In this document: in pieces, positions 8,156 to 18,600 of the stretch
Layout of the letters: every line of letters starts with the position of its first letter
Position numbering within the stretch: the stretch's first letter is position 1
Assembly: GCA_963770895.1 (NCBI GenBank)
Contig: CAVYRF010000001.1
Coordinates: 1,120,001-1,184,000, forward strand
Direction: 5' to 3'
Length of the DNA stretch: 64,000 nucleotides
From: an uncultured Acidobacteriota bacterium
Lineage (GTDB): Bacteria; Acidobacteriota; Thermoanaerobaculia; Multivoradales; UBA5704
The notes under the pieces: generated by a model
What the model was told of the DNA's origin: nothing
Databases searched by the model: none
What the model saw: the letters and a program-made list of their open reading frames with translations, nothing else
Program-made: the position numbers and the translations under genes

Positions 8156-9128
8156 ACTCGACCATTTCGAGCAGGACGCCGTGGGTTGCCGACGCGGGAA
8201 TCAAAAAGCGATCGTGGCCGCGGTAGTTGAAGATCGGCAGCGTCAAGCCGGTGCCGCGCTGCACCAGGCGGTGGGCGGTTTCCAGGTCGCCGACCTGCAC
8301 GCTGAGCCCCAGGATGCCCTCGCCGCGGTCGGCGGCGAAATCGGCGGCGAGTCCGGGACCGTCGGGTTGCAGCAGGACCAGGTTGGCGTTGTGGTAGTTG
8401 ACTGCGAGGCTCCAGGCGCCCAGGTAGCCGATGCGCACGGGCCTGGTGCCCACGCTGAGGCCGAGGCCGGTGAAGTAGGGCCTGGCGGCGTCCAGATCGG
8501 AGACCACCAGCCAGACCGTTTGGATGTGCCGCGCGGTGTTGGGATGCGGCCGGGGCGCGAGCGCCGGGGCGGCGACAAACACGTCGTGCACCTGCGCTTG
8601 GTCGTAAGCGAGGAAGAAGTTGGAATTGTCGGGGGCGATGTTCTCGGTGAGGATGATGGTGTCCCACAGGGGAACCTGGCCCACGACCTGGCCCGATGAT
8701 TGAATGGTAAGAGGCCCGGCAGGGATCGGGCCGACGTTCGGATAGCCGGCGCCGTCCAGGAACCCGATCGCCTGCGCGGCGTTGAGCACCTGGGTGCCGT
8801 AGTACTTGGCGCCCTCATGCTGGGCCAGGAACGCCAGGAACGGCGCGGTGCCGGCGTTGTCCGCGGTGATCGCGTCCAGCTCCAGGTACGACAGGTCGTC
8901 GAACCACACCAGGCGGTTTTCGACGCCCTCGGGCGATTGCAGCACCGGCGTGGCCGCGAAGCCGAGCTGCTGGGTGAGGACGTCCGCCTCGGCGGCGAAG
9001 TCGTCCAACCGCACCAGCACGCCGACGTGATCGATTCCGCGCCCGATGCCCAGTCCGGCGGCGACTGCCTGGCCAGCGAGCGCCGCCATGCCACACAGTA
9101 CAATTGTTACTATTCGTGTCGCGTTCAT
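8154..9128 (-). CDS. Secreted VOC (glyoxalase-like) family protein
   Basis: RBS aggag, signal peptide ending AVA, GIDHVGVLV, NRLVWFDDLSYLELD, HPNTA, C-terminal GVLLEMVE. Confidence 0.8.
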   Translation of the reverse strand: MNATRIVTIVLCGMAALAGQAVAAGLGIGRGIDHVGVLVRLDDFAAEADVLTQQLGFAATPVLQSPEGVENRLVWFDDLSYLELDAITADNAGTAPFLAFLAQHEGAKYYGTQVLNAAQAIGFLDGAGYPNVGPIPAGPLTIQSSGQVVGQVPLWDTIILTENIAPDNSNFFLAYDQAQVHDVFVAAPALAPRPHPNTARHIQTVWLVVSDLDAARPYFTGLGLSVGTRPVRIGYLGAWSLAVNYHNANLVLLQPDGPGLAADFAADRGEGILGLSVQVGDLETAHRLVQRGTGLTLPIFNYRGHDRFLIPASATHGVLLEMVE

Positions 9129-9270
9129 CGCACTTCTCCTCTCACAGTTCTAATGCAATCAGTTGGGAACGCCGCGGTGCCGCGCAATTGAGCGCATGAC
9201 GCGGCGCTGCAAGAATGAGCCTGCCCGGGTTGACGCCCGGCCAGCGTGACATTTCGATGGCGCGGACGAT

Positions 9271-9315
9271 CATCCAATAAATTGATCGCTGCGCGCGGCC
9301 ATCCAATAGATTGAT
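9271..9315. promoter_or_regulatory. Pair of ATC-N9-GAT boxes (LysR-type operator)
   Basis: CATCCAATAAATTGAT (9271-9286) and CATCCAATAGATTGAT (9300-9315), 15/16 identical, AT-rich in a GC-rich context. Confidence 0.55.
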
Positions 9316-9380
9316 TCGTGGGGGGCTCCGGGAAGAGGATTTATGCTTGACTTGTCGCGTGTTTTTTCGGATTCCCGCTG

Positions 9381-9419
9381 CTTCAAGAAGTTGTTCCTCC
9401 TACTTCAAGTAGTTGTTCC
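9381..9419 (+). repeat. 17-bp direct repeat with 22-bp period upstream of the NRPS operon
   Basis: CTTCAAGAAGTTGTTCC (9381-9397) and CTTCAAGTAGTTGTTCC (9403-9419). Confidence 0.6.
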
Positions 9420-9623
9420 ACAGGTGGTGGTGCGCTGAAATCTTTCTTTCGTGACAGAGGTTGTCCCGACTGAGGGGGCGGCAGGCATAAAGTGTGTTGA
9501 GGCGTGGGATGCTCCCACCCCCGCTTGACGGTTGACAGGTGGTGCAGTTCGTCCAGTCCACGCGATGTGCAAGTCCCGCCGCGACCATCCACGCCAGTGC
9601 CAGGTGCAGTGCCAGGTGAGGAG

Positions 9624-12600
9624 ATGAAAGGCTCAGCGATCCAACCTGCGGTCGGCATCCCCGCGACCCAACCGGACAGCCGCTCGGCAAGCCTCCAGCA
9701 GCTCGCGACCCGCGTCGCCGCCATCGCCTCGGCCGCGCTGGGGCTCGGCGCCGCAGCGCTCGACGCGGAGCGGCCGCTGACCGCGCTCGGGCTCGACTCG
9801 CTGGCCGCGGTCGAGATCGCCGCCGCCCTGGAAGCCGACTGGGGCACCGCGCCGCCGCTGTCGCTGCTGCTCGCCGGTGCCAGCTGCCACGAGCTGGCCC
9901 GATGGCTGCAAGCATCGCTCCGCGAGCGCGCCGCCGGCGCGCCTGCCGCGCCCGCGGTGGGCGCCGCGGGCGATAGTCGGGAGCCGATCCCGCCGGCGAA
10001 GGATTTCCCGCTGTCGCCGGGCCAGCAGGCGCTGTGGTTCCTGGAGCGGCTGGCGCCCACCGCCGGCGCCTACAACGTGGTGGTCGCGGCGGAGGCTCGC
10101 GGTCTGGACGCGGAGCTGCTGGTGCGTCTGCTGGCCATCCTGGCATCGCGCCACGCCGCGCTGCGCACGATCTTCCCGGTCCACGGCGAGCAGGCGGTGC
10201 AGCGCGTGCTGGCGGCGCCGGCGATCGATTTCGCCAGCCAGGATGCCGCACAGTGGAGCCCGGAGCAGCTGTTGCAGCGCATGGCGGAAGAGGCATGGCG
10301 GCCGTTCGACCTGGAGCGCGGGCCGCTGTTGCGGGTGCGCCTGTTCGAGCCCGCGCCGGTCGCGGGACCCTGGCGCGGGCCGCTGCTGATGGTCGCGATC
10401 CACCACCTGGTGGCGGACTTCTGGTCGCTGCGCATCCTGGCCCAGCAGCTGCGCGAGCTGCTGGAGGCCGCATCTCCGCTGGAGGCCGGATCTCCGTCCC
10501 CATGGGCCGCCGCCACGCCGGCGCCGGTTGCGGGGGTGACCGCCGCCGCGCCGGCGGCGACCTTCGCGGAGTGCGCCCGCCGGCAGGCGGAGCAGCTGGC
10601 GGGGCAACAGGGCCAGCTGGACTGGGCCTTCTGGCGCCAGACGCTGGCCGGCGAGCGCGGCGCCGTGCCCGACCTCGACCTGCCCACCGATCGCCCGCGG
10701 CCCGCCGTGCAGACCTGGCGCGCGCTGGCGCGCTCGACGGCGCTGGCGGCGCCGCGCGCTGCCGCACTGCGCCGGTTGGCGGCGGCCGAAGGCGCCACCC
10801 TGTTTGGCGCCCTGGCCGCGATCTGGCAGCTGCAGCTGGGCCGCGCCGCCGGGCAGGACGATTTCGCCGTGGGGACTCCGACGTCGGGACGGCGGGCGGC
10901 CGGCAGCGCCGGAGTGGTCGGGTACTTCGTCAATTCGGTGGCGCTGCGCGCCGACCTGCGCGGCGCACCGCCGGTGGGCCATCTGCTGGGGCGGGTGCGG
11001 CGATCGCTGGTGGTGGCTCTGGAGCACGCCGACTTCCCCTTTGCCTGGCTGGCCGCACGGCTGCGGCCGGCGCGCGATCCGGCGCGCCCGCCGCTCTATC
11101 AGACCGTGCTGGCGCTCGAGCCCCACCGGCCGGGCGATCCTCCGGGCCTGGCCGCGTTCGCCCAGGGCGAGCAGGGCGCCTGCCTGGACCTGGGCGGCGG
11201 CGTTGCGCTGACCGCGGTTGCCCTGCCCGAGCGGCGCGCCCAGGTCGAGCTGACCCTGAGCGTGGCCGAGCTTGCCGATGGCGGCCTGGCGCTGGCGCTC
11301 GAAGCCAACGCCGATCTCTTCGATGCGGCGACGGTCGACAGGATGCTGGGGCATTTCGTCACCCTGGCCGCCGCCGCCGCCGCAGAGCCCGAGCGCGCGG
11401 TGTGGGATCTGCCGCTGCTGACCGCGGCGGAGCAGGAGCAGCTGCAGCAGGAGTGGGGAGCGTCGCTGCAAACGCCCGCCGCCGCCGACGCTCGCTGCCG
11501 GCCGCTCCACGAGCTGGTGGCGGAGCGGGCGCGCCGTGCTCCCGCGGCCACGGCGCTGGTGATTGGAGATGCAGCCTGGACCTACGGCTGCCTGGTGGCC
11601 CGCGCCCACCATCTTGCCGCCCGGCTGCGCGGCCTGCTGGGAGCGCCGGGCACGCCGCCGGCCGCCGAACGGACGGTGGCCTTGCTGGTCGAGCGGTCGG
11701 CGGACCTGGTGGCGGGGGCGCTGGGCATCCTGGAAGCGGGCGGCACGCTGCTCGCGCTCGATCCCGAGTACGCCATGCCGCGCCTCGCCTGGACCCTGGC
11801 CGACGCCGGCGCGGCGGCGGTCATCACCCAGCGGCGGTTTGCCGCGCGGCTGCCGGATACGGCCCTGCCGCAGGTCCTGGTGGACCAGGTTGGCGCGGTG
11901 CTGGAACGCGGACCCGGCCGGGTGGCCGCCGCGTCCGTTGCCCCCACGGTCCGCGCAGGCACGGCGGCGATGGACGGCGGCGACGCCGGGGACCGCGGGA
12001 ACGGCGGGGACGGCGGGGACGGGGCAGATCCTGGAGTGCCGGGCGGGCCGGCGGCGACGGGCTGGGAGCCGTGGGAGGGTGCCAGGGCCGCCTACCTGGT
12101 GTACACCTCCGGCTCGACCGGCGTTCCCAAAGGCGTCGCGGTCAGCCACGCCGCGGCGGCCCATCAGTTCCTCAGCGCCGCGCGGACGCTGGCGCTGGCC
12201 GCCGGCGATCGCGTGCTGCAGCTGCCCTCGACCGGTTTCGACGCCGCGCTCGAACAGATCTTTGCCACCCTGCTGGCGGGAAGCACGCTGGTCATGCGCG
12301 GCCCCGAACCCTGGGGACCGCGCGAGCTGGCCGACCGCCTGGCGACGCGAGAGCTGACGGTCGTGGACGTGCCGGTTGCCTTCCTCACGCACTGGATCGC
12401 CGAAGCCGGCCAGCTGCCCGCGCCCGCGCCGTCGCTGCGCCTGGTCATGGTGTCGGGCGAAGAGCTGCGCGCCCAGACCGTCCGCCGCCATGGCGCCTCG
12501 CCGCTGGCCGCGGTGCCGCTGTGGAACTGCTACGGGCCGACCGAAGCCGTGGTCTCGGCAACCCTCTACGCGGTGCGACGCCAGGACGGCGACGGAGGCC

Positions 12601-15600
12601 CGGTGCCGATCGGCCGGGCGCTGCCGGGCCGGGTGGCGCGAGTGCTCGACCGCCACGGCCAGCCGCAGCCGCTGGGGGCCCCCGGCGAGCTCTGCCTGGG
12701 CGGCCTGCTCGCCCGCGGCTACCACGCCAGGCCGGACCTCACCGCCGCCAGCTTCGTCCCCGACCCCTGGGGCCCACCGGGCACACGCCTCTACCGCACC
12801 GGCGACCTGGTGCGGCGCCGCGCGCCGGACGGCCTGCTGCAGTTCCTCGGCCGTCTGGACCAGCAGGTCAAAGTCCGCGGCTTCCGCGTCGAACCGGGAG
12901 AGATCGCGGCAGTCCTGGCCGAGCATCCCGCCGTGGCCGCCGCCGCCGTCCTGGCGCTGCGGGCCGTCCCGGCGGTCGTTCCAGCCGTGCCGCCGGCGCC
13001 GGCCGTCCCCGCCCCTCTGACCGCGCCCGCGGCGCCCACGGAGCCAACTGCCTCAGCCATGGCGGTCGTGCCGGCCGCGCCGGTGGTCGAGCTTGAACAG
13101 GAGCAGGAGCTGCGGCTGGTCGCGTTCGTGGCGCCGGAGCTGCCGCCGGATCTGGCCGGGTTTGTGGCGCAGCGGCTGCCGGGCTACATGGTGCCGGCGG
13201 TGTGGCTGGCGCTGTCGCGGCTGCCCGCCAATGCCGCGGGCAAGATCGATCAGGCCGCGCTGGCCGCCCTTGCGCCAGATGCCCGCCCGCTGGCGGCGGC
13301 CCAGGACGGGGATGCGTCGGCGCCGCCGGACGCGTCGCGCGCCGCGATCGAGGAGCTGCTGGCCGGCGCCTGGGCGGCCCTGCTGGGCCGTGAGACGGTA
13401 GGCCGGCACCAGGACTTTTTCGCCCTGGGCGGCCACTCGCTGCTGGCGACGCGGGTGGTGGCGCAGGTGTCGCGATGGTTCGGCGTCGACCTGCCGCTGT
13501 CCGAAGTGTTCGCGGCGCCGACGGTGGCGGCGCTGGCGGAGCGGATCGCGGCTGCTGTCGCCCGCGGTTCCGCCGGCGGCCCAGAAGCGGCCGGCGATCC
13601 CTTAGCCGGCTCTCGTCCCAGCGCGGCGCCGCCGCTGACCGCCGGCCATCACGATGCGGCGCATTTGCCGCTGTCGTCTGCCCAGCGCCGCCTCTGGTTC
13701 CTGGAGCAGCTTGCCCCCGGCACCGCGCTGTACAACATTCCCGGCGCCTTGCAGCTGAGCGGCCCGCTGGCCGTCCCGGCCTTGGCGGCGGCAATGGCGG
13801 CCGTGGTGCGCCGCCATCAGGTGCTGCGGACGGCGATCACGGCCATGGCCGGGCAGCCGGTGCAGCGCCTGGTTGAGTGGCCGGCAACCATCCTGCCGCA
13901 GATCGACCTGGCAGCGCTCGCGCCGGCGGCGCGCCAGCATGAAACGGAGCGGCTGAGCGGCGCCGAGGCGCGGCAACCGTTCGACCTGGCGCAAGGGCCG
14001 CTGGTGCGCGCCCTGCTGCTGCGGCAGGGGCCGGCCGAGCACCGCCTGCTGGTGACGTTCCATCACCTGGTTGCGGACGGCTGGTCGCTCGGCGTGTTCC
14101 TCGACCAGCTGGCAGAGCTCTATCCGTTGTGGGTGGCGCGCGGCGCACAGGCCCCGCTCCAAGCGTCCCAGCTGCCACAGGCGTCCCTGCCGCACCAGGA
14201 ATCCCAGCCGCCTCAAGCATCTCAGCTGCCACAGCCGCCCCTGGCGCTCCCAGCGTCCCAGCAACCGCTACAGGCCCAGCTGCCACAGCCGCCCTTGCCG
14301 TCCCTGCCGGCATTGCCGCCGCTGCCGGTGCAGTATGCCGATTTCGCGGTGTGGCAGGCCGCCTGGCTTGCCGGCGGCGAGGAGCAGCGGCAGCTGGTGT
14401 ACTGGCGGTCGCGCCTGGCCGGGGTGCCGGCGACCGAGCTGCCAATGGATCGCCGGCGCCCACCGGTGCGCAGCTCGCGCGGTGCGACGCGCGCGGCAGC
14501 GCTGCCGGCGGCAGCGCCCGCGGCGATTGCGGCGCTGGCCCGCCGCGAGGGCGTGACGGTCTTCATGGCGCTGGCGGGACTGTTCCAGGCGCTGGCCGGA
14601 CGGTTGAGCGGCGACGACCGGGTGGCGGTCGGCACGCCGGTCGCCAACCGCCGCCGCGCCGAAGTCGAGCCTCTGATCGGCCTGTTCGTCAATACGCTGG
14701 TGCTCGACGTCGAGCTGGGCGACGACCCGTCGCTGGGCGACCTGTTGGCGCGGGTGCGGCAGGCCTGCCTGGGAGCGTACGCCCACCAGGATCTGCCGTT
14801 CGAACGCCTGGTCGAAGAGCTGCAACCGGGCCGCGATCTGGCTCGCCATCCGCTGTTCCAGCTGATGTTCGTCCTTGCCGATCCGCTGCCGGCGCGCACG
14901 CTCGACCTGCCGCCGGCCGTGGCCGCGGGCGCGCCCGGCGGTGCCGGCGGCGCCCTGCGCCTGGCGCCGCTGACCAGGACCACCGGGACCGCCAAGTTCG
15001 ACCTTCTGATGTCCATGATGACGGACGACCAGGGCGGCTGGCAGGCGCATGCCGAATACGCCACCGACCTCTGGGACCCGGCCAGCATCGACCGCCTGCT
15101 GGGCCAGTTCGCCACCCTGCTTGCCGCAGCCGCGGCGGCGCCGCGCGATGCCCGCCTTGCCACCCTGACCCTGCTATCCGCCGCGGAGCGTCAGCAGCTG
15201 CTGGCCGAGTGGAACGACACCGCGTCGCCGTCGCGCCGCCAGGACACGGAAGCCCCCGGCGCGTCCGCAGCGATCGGCGCGCCCGCTAACGCTGGCTTGA
15301 TCGGCGAGGTTGTGCCAGCGGACCTTTTCCGCCAGCCGACGGTGGCGGCGCTGGCGCCAGCGTCTGCCGCAACGGGTGCCGAGCGCTTGCACGAGCTGGT
15401 GGCGGCGCAGGTGGCGCGGATGCCGGACGCGGTGGCGGTGGTGGGTGGCGACGAGCGGCTCAGCTATGGCGCGCTGTGGGCGAGCGCGCGGCGGCTCGCC
15501 GCGCGTCTGCGCGGGCTGGGCGCTGGGCCGGACGTTCGCGCCGGCGTCTGCCTGGGCCGCACCCCCGACCTGATCACCGCGTTTCTCGGGGTGCTGGAAT

Positions 15601-18600
15601 CGGGCGCGGCCTACGTGCCGCTCGACCCGGCCTTGCCGCCGCACCGCCTGCAAACCATGCTGGAACGCGCCGGCGCGACGCTGCTGGTCGCCGACCGGGA
15701 GCACGCGGCGCAGCTCGATGCCGAACGCAGCTTCGCCGGCACGCTGGTGCTCTTCGGCGGCGATCGCCGCGACGCTGGCGACGACCGTGACGATTCCGAG
15801 CGCGACGTGCTCCACGTCGCACAGGGCAGTCTTCACGCCGGGACGCACGATGCCGCCGCGGTTCGCCGGGCAGTTGTTGCATCCGCCGGGCCGGTGGCGG
15901 GAAACAGCGGCGGCGACCGGCGGCCGGACGCTGCCGACACGCCGTTGCCCGGCGGCGGCCAGGCCAGCAGCGAGCTGGCGTACGTGATTTTCACCTCCGG
16001 TTCGACGGGCGAGCCCAAGGCGGTGGGCATCGAGCACCGCGGCGCGGTGGCGCTGGTGCGGTGGGCGCTGGGCGCGTTCACGCGCGACGAGCTGGCGGGG
16101 GTGCTGGCGGCGACGTCGGTCGGCTTCGATCTTTCGATCTTCGAGATCTTCGTGCCGCTCAGCTGCGGCGGCCAGGTGATCCTGGCGCCCTCGATCGCCG
16201 AGCTGCGCCAGGTGCGGGCGATCGGCGGCGTGACGCTGGTCAACACCGTGCCTTCGCCGATGGCCGAGCTGGTGGCGGCGCCGCTGCCGCCGGCGGTCCG
16301 CACCGTCAACCTGGCCGGCGAGGCGCTGGACGCGGAGCTGGTGGCGCGGCTGGCCGCCCACGCGCAGGTGCAGCGGGTGGTCAACCTGTACGGTCCCAGC
16401 GAATCCACCACCTATGCGACCTGGGACCAGGTGTGGTCGCGCCGCGCCAAGACGGCGGCAGCTCCCGGCGTCATCCGCGTCACCATCGGCCGGCCGGTCG
16501 CCGGGACAACCTTCCGCGTCTTCGGCCGCCACGGCGACCTGCTGCCGATCGGCGTGCCGGGCGAGCTCGCGCTGGGCGGCCAGGGCCTGGCGCGCGGCTA
16601 CCTGGGGCGCCCGGATCTGACCGCCGAGCGCTTTGTCCCCGACCCCTGCGCCGACCTGCCGGGCGCCCGCCTGTACCGCACCGGCGACCGCGCCCGCCTG
16701 CTGCCCGACGGGCGCCTCGACTTCCTCGGCCGCCTCGACCAGCAGGTGAAGGTGCGCGGCGTCCGCATCGAGCCCGGCGAGATCGAAGCCGTGCTCGCCC
16801 GCCATCCCCAGGTGGCACAGGCCGCCGTCGTGGCACGCGCCGCCGGTGGCGTCGCTGACGGGCCGCAGTTGGTGGCCTATGTCGTGGCCGCCGCAACGGC
16901 GGACAGCTCCGGCGGACCTGGAAGTGCCGGCGACGTTGAGGTCATGCCCGCTGGAGTGGCTATTGCCGCAGACGGCACCGGTGCGGCTGGCCGCGACGGC
17001 GAGCTGATGGCCGTTCTGGCCGCCTGGCTGCGGGAGCGCCTGCCGGCGGCGATGGTGCCCGCCGCCTGGGTGGTATTGCCAGCGCTGCCGCTATCGAGCA
17101 ACGGCAAGGTGGACCGGCGCGCGCTGCCTGCCCCGGCCGCGGCGGTGGCCGGGGAGGCGGTGGCCGCAGGCGAGGCGCCGCGCGCGGGCGCCGAGCAGGC
17201 GCTGGCAGCGATCTGGCGCCAGGTGCTGGGGCGCGACCGCATCGGCAGGCACGAAGATTTCTTCGCTGCCGGCGGCCATTCGCTGCTGGCGCTGCGGGCG
17301 GTCTTCCGCATCGGCGAGGCGTTTGGCGTCGAGGTGCCCGTCACGGCTCTCTTCCAGGCGCCGACCGTGGCGGCTCTCGCCGCCTGGCTTGCGGCTGGCG
17401 CGGCCGGCACTGCCGTTGGCCTTTCAGATATGCCCGGCGGGGCTCCGCCGGGCACCACGGGCGCCGTCTCTGCTCTGGCTTCGGTCGGTACGGCCGCAGC
17501 TCTCGCAGGCGCCCGCGGCGAGGCTCCTGCCAGTGGCGGAAGCAGCGCCGCCGCGTTGGCGCGCCTTCGCCTGGGTGGCGCGACGCTGGAGGAGCCTGCC
17601 GCCGCCGTGGCGCCCGATCTGGCCGCGAGCAGCCAGGCCCCGGAGGCTCCCGGTGCCGCAGCCTCGCGCGGGCTGCCGCTGTCGGCGGCGCAGCGGCGGC
17701 TGTGGTTCCTGGAGCGGCTGCACCCCGGCCAGGCGGGCTACGAGCTGTCGGTGGCGGTGCGGCTGGATGGCGCGCTGTCGCTGCCGGCGCTGGCGGGCAG
17801 CGTCGCGGCGGTGGTCGAGCGCCACGAGCCGCTGCGCACGGTGTATTCGGAGAGCGACGGGCAGCCGCGCCAGTCGGTCCTGGCGCCGCCGCGCCGGCCG
17901 CTGGCGATGGCCGACCTGCGGGGCCTCGCCGCGGGGCGGCGCCAGGCGTCGTTGCGCGCTGCGCAAGGCGCGGTGGCGGCGCGGTCGTTCGACCTGGAGC
18001 GCGGGCCGGTCGCGCGGTTCCTGCTGGTGGCGCTGGACGAAGGTGCGCACGTGCTCTGTGTGGCGTGCCATCACATCGCCGCCGATGGGTGGTCGCTGGA
18101 GGTGCTGTTCCGCGACCTGGCGGCGCTGTACGGCGCGGCGCTCGCCGGGCTCCCGTCGCCGCTGCCGCAGCCGGCGCCGCGCTACGCCGACCACGTGCTG
18201 GCACAGGGCCGGCGGGTGCAGCATGGCGACCAGCTGGCGCGGCAGCTCGCCTGGTGGCGCGGGCAGCTGGCGGGGCTGCCGACGCTCGATCTGCCGCTCG
18301 ACCGGCCGCGCCCGGCGCGGTGGAGCTCGCGCGGCGTGGCGCGGCGGTTCGAGCTGGACGAGCGGACGGCGAGCGCCCTGGGCGCCGTCGCCAGGTCGCA
18401 GGGCGCGACGCCGTTCATGGCGCTGCTGGCCGGGTTCTTCACCTTCCTGGCGCGGCACAGCGGCCAGGACGACGTGGCGGTGGGAGTGCCGGTTGCCGGC
18501 CGCTCGCACGCCGATGCCGAAGGGATGGTCGGCCTGTTCGTGAACACGCTGGTGACGCGGGTCAGCCTGGCGGACGGCCCCAGCTTCGCCGACCTGGTGC

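Noticed and set aside
9271-9419. CRISPR array or riboswitch in the AT-rich intergenic region
   Set aside because: Each repeat has only two copies with 5-13 bp spacers, there are no cas genes, and I recognise no riboswitch consensus.
9504-9623. ORF-track start sites at 9504, 538, 4168, 7277, 27292 and 41739
   Set aside because: Downstream starts with an RBS or a stop/start overlap fit better: 9624, 796, 4966, 7349, 27994 and 43533.
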